From the NCBI GenBank assembly GCA_024137785.1, contig JAHRHZ010000055.1, forward strand, positions 10,731,257-10,795,256: a stretch of DNA of 64,000 bases, written 5' to 3'. The stretch's first letter is position 1; each line of letters opens with the position of its first letter. The notes below the pieces were generated by a model. The model searched no databases, had not been told where the DNA came from, and worked only from the letters and a program-made list of their open reading frames with translations. The position numbers were made by a program, and so were the translations under genes. This document shows, piece by piece, positions 60,911 to 64,000 of the stretch. The DNA is from Ginglymostoma cirratum. Its lineage: Eukaryota.

Positions 60911-61099
60911 GGAGGTAAAATGGTAGGGATAAAGATCACCTCAGTATCCTAGCTTGATCTCATCTTCCCTCCATTCACCTGTTGGTCAACCCTTCTTGTT
61001 ACTTTCAGGTTTGTCCAGCCTAATGGATTCCTCTGCAGCCTTGCATCTTTCACCTTCCATAAACCTGACTTCAGTCAGACTTATGCTGCTTGTATATGA

Positions 61100-61530
61100 A
61101 CATACACTTAATCCTGTCGCATATCTGTCTCATGCTTGCTGGTTTACATTTGCTGCTGTTCTTCAGTTTAAAAAAAATCATTGTTTCACAACTCAGCATG
61201 CCTCCCTTCTCTGTAGGCTCAGCCAGCGGTACAGCCTACTGAGGTCTCTGTATTGCTGCAATTCTTGCCTCCAGTATATTCCTGACTTTAATCACTCCAC
61301 TATTGGTCACTGTGTCGTCTGTTGCCTGATTCCCAAGTTCTAGAATTCCCTCTTTTCTGCTTTCTACTCCTCTAAGATGCTTCTTCAAATCTTGCTGTTT
61401 GACTATGCTTTTAGTCGTCTGTCAAAATATCTCTTTATTAGCTCTTTGTCACCTTTTGTTTGATAGCACACCTATGGAGTACCTTAAGAGATTTCACAAT
61501 GTTAAAGGCTCTGCATAAGTGGAAGCTGCT
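61100..61530 (+). mobile_element. Old L2-type 3' fragment (second family)
   Basis: cctgactttaatcactccactattgg...tagaattccctc...aatgttaaaggctctgcataagtggaag resembles an L2 terminus. Confidence 0.5.
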
Positions 61531-62008
61531 CTCAGGTAAATGGCAAGTTTCCATTTGCAACATAATATGAAAATGTAGGAGCGAGAAGAAAATCAGTTTA
61601 TTTCTGTTTCAACAGAAGACATAATTAAGCAAAATACTCAGAAATTCCCAATAAAATCTTGTACAGTTGATTTGATGCATTTCTATCTTCTGTAGTGAAG
61701 ATTTACCCCGATAAGGTACTGAAAACGTTAGGTGATTGTGAAAGAAATATGTTGTATTGCAAATGAGGTTCTTGAGATTGGAATGCCTCCACATCAGACT
61801 TTAATTCATTAGCATAAATTTTAATCTACATAAAATTAGAAAACAGGACCAAAATCAGAACTAAATTCAATATCTCTGTGACCCCAATTAAACAAATATA
61901 GGAAATATTTTTGTGCAAGTTCGTGTTCAAGTTGGTCTACTGTGTCTCCTTCAAAAACAAGCAGGCCAAGCATCCAAAAAGTTAGCACTCAACTCATATA
62001 CACCTTTA

Positions 62009-62095
62009 TAACAAGCATGGGGCTGGATGAACACAGCAGGTCAAGCAGCATCATAGGAGCAGGAAAACTTGACGTTTCGGGCCTAAACCCTTCAT
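62009..62095 (-). mobile_element. 87-bp family A pLTR fragment, identical to 2062-2148
   Basis: Exact reverse complement of 2062-2148; truncated inside the CTGATGA box. Confidence 0.92.
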
Positions 62096-64000
62096 TTTGT
62101 TTACCAACATGTTAGTGGCTGTGGTTGTAACTACAGAGGTATTTTTCCTTTAATAAACAAGTTAACACTTTAATGAAGAAGACAACAGATTTCAATTTCT
62201 GACTGGCTAAGGGTGGAGTAATGTTGGATCATGCATATTTACTGTCCTTTTACATAAGGGAAGAATGATTCTCTAGTGGTGTATAATCCTTGCGTGCAAG
62301 CTGTATGGGACAGAAATACAATCATGCTCTCTCACAGTGATGGAAACTTCACACATTTGTCACACCTTGGCTCCTCAGAGTCAATTGCATGGACAATTCC
62401 ATCTTTGATATTTGAGGAGATTTAATTTTGTACCCTCATCTACTCCCCCCCTGGAAATGGAATATTCCTCCTTTTGGTAGCAATGGCAACTCTAATGATA
62501 CTTGTGAATGATTAACATAGGCTTAATGATTCTCTCGACCCTGCATGGGTATGTCATTGTAATTTATAACAATTACAAATTAAGTGAGTGGAACGTAATT
62601 GCACCATAACTTGTAATTATTGATTGTTCTGTAGGCTGCTTCCATAGCATTACTGGAATTTATCATTTCCTAAAATATTGATGGCATTGACAGGCAGATT
62701 CAGATGACTAAACTACCTTGTGCTTCCTGGCATACTGGACTGAGAATCTGACGTCCAAATATTATTTTCTATGTGATTAAAATCACTATCCTACTTTTCA
62801 TCTTACTTTATAAAACGGAGTCTATCAATAACCAAGAGAAGCAGCACAATCCAGATGCCAATCATTACAGCATACAGCAGCTTCTTTTCAAGATAATCCA
62901 AAGTGATTGCTAACAATCATAGTTCATTATTTCAAAAGGATATCATCCTTATGAAAAAAGATGTAAAACGAAGATATAACAAGCTCAAGGTATGACATTG
63001 AAAATTTCATCAAAATGTATTACTTATGCATATTATTTGGAGGGGGAGGGGCATTACAGATTCAAACTGGCATACTCCCTGTGTCCCCAACATAAAAAGC
63101 AACGTCTCAAAGAATTTATTTAATCTAAATATCTGGGTAGTATCCTTTTAAGATGAAAGAGCTATAATTTACATAGAAGGACATGTTATGGAATTATATA
63201 CCAGAGGACGTGTTTAGCTATATAACAAATTTCAGTACCTCCAGATTCCCATCATCAGCGGTACATTGAAAATCAATTTATTAATAAAGAAGTAGCTATC
63301 TTAGATATCATGTCTTCCTATTTCCGTTAATTTATTTAATATTTCCATCATGTATTTAATATGCTTACTGATGACATCAGGGAAAACTGGCTTATGAAAA
63401 CTGGCTTAGAAATCCACTGAGCTTGACAATATCATGAACTGAATTAATATCAGCAGATACTTTCCTCAGCCCTGTATGTTCACTCAGTTCCTTTATGCAA
63501 TCACATCAACCTCACTGCTTAATTACATTCAAATTTCACACTTTGTCGCAAATGTACACAATACTTCATCACACGCCTCACTTGTGCCCTATTGAAGGGG
63601 CACGGCCCTTGGAAGAGTAGGTAATGATTTACTCACCAGAGAATTTGTAGCTTCTAACCTACAATTAGCTACGTTATTTACATCACTGGTTGAGTTTCTG
63701 CTGAACGGTAACCCGCAGGATATTAATGGCAGTTATCAAATAATGGATCAGAATTATCACACAGATATTACTTCAAAGCATGCTAATGAATTGAGAACAA
63801 AAGTAGCAGCGGTTTGAAAGAAGGCTGTGGCCGGATAAAGCATGATCAGTTGAGTGGGAGTGATCCATCAACAACAACTGGGGCTTGCCATCTCCCTAAC
63901 CTCGCTCACTCCCTATTTCTCCATGACTTTTTGGTCAACAGTGTAGCTGTGACCAGCTGGTCTAGCAGATAAGAATTGCTGCATTGGGGTCGTTGCCGCA

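Noticed and set aside
1-64000. CRISPR array or prokaryotic operon
   Set aside because: No regularly spaced direct repeats with unique spacers and no gene-dense ORFs; the content is vertebrate interspersed repeats.

Overview
Repeat-rich vertebrate DNA, very probably from a shark or other cartilaginous fish, judged from HE1-like V-SINEs, DeuSINEs, abundant CR1 and L2 LINEs and several Penelope-like element (PLE) families. It is intergenic or lies in a large intron, and I cannot recognise an intact host protein-coding gene. Most ORFs in the track are decayed transposon frames, their antisense, or N-gap artefacts. The main structure is a PLE / hammerhead ribozyme (HHR) system with four distinguishable PLE terminal-repeat (pLTR) families, here called A-D, each carrying a minimal type-I hammerhead core (CTGANGA-stem II-GAAA). 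They occur in three forms. (i) 5'-truncated GIY-YIG and/or RT elements. (ii) Short insertions of about 45-250 bp, mostly fold-back hairpins, many with clean 10-16 bp target-site duplications (TSDs). (iii) One element flanked by a ~1.08-kb, ~99%-identical inverted repeat that has copied ~640 bp of non-PLE flank. Two 87-nt pLTR copies 60 kb apart are identical. Also present are PIF/Harbinger fossils, a Tigger-type MITE, Rex1/Babar remnants with short Rex-tailed elements, a candidate minus-strand promoter and first exon at ~58.2-58.7 kb, and a speculative spliced ORF. Coordinates were read by eye, and the boundaries of old repeats are approximate.
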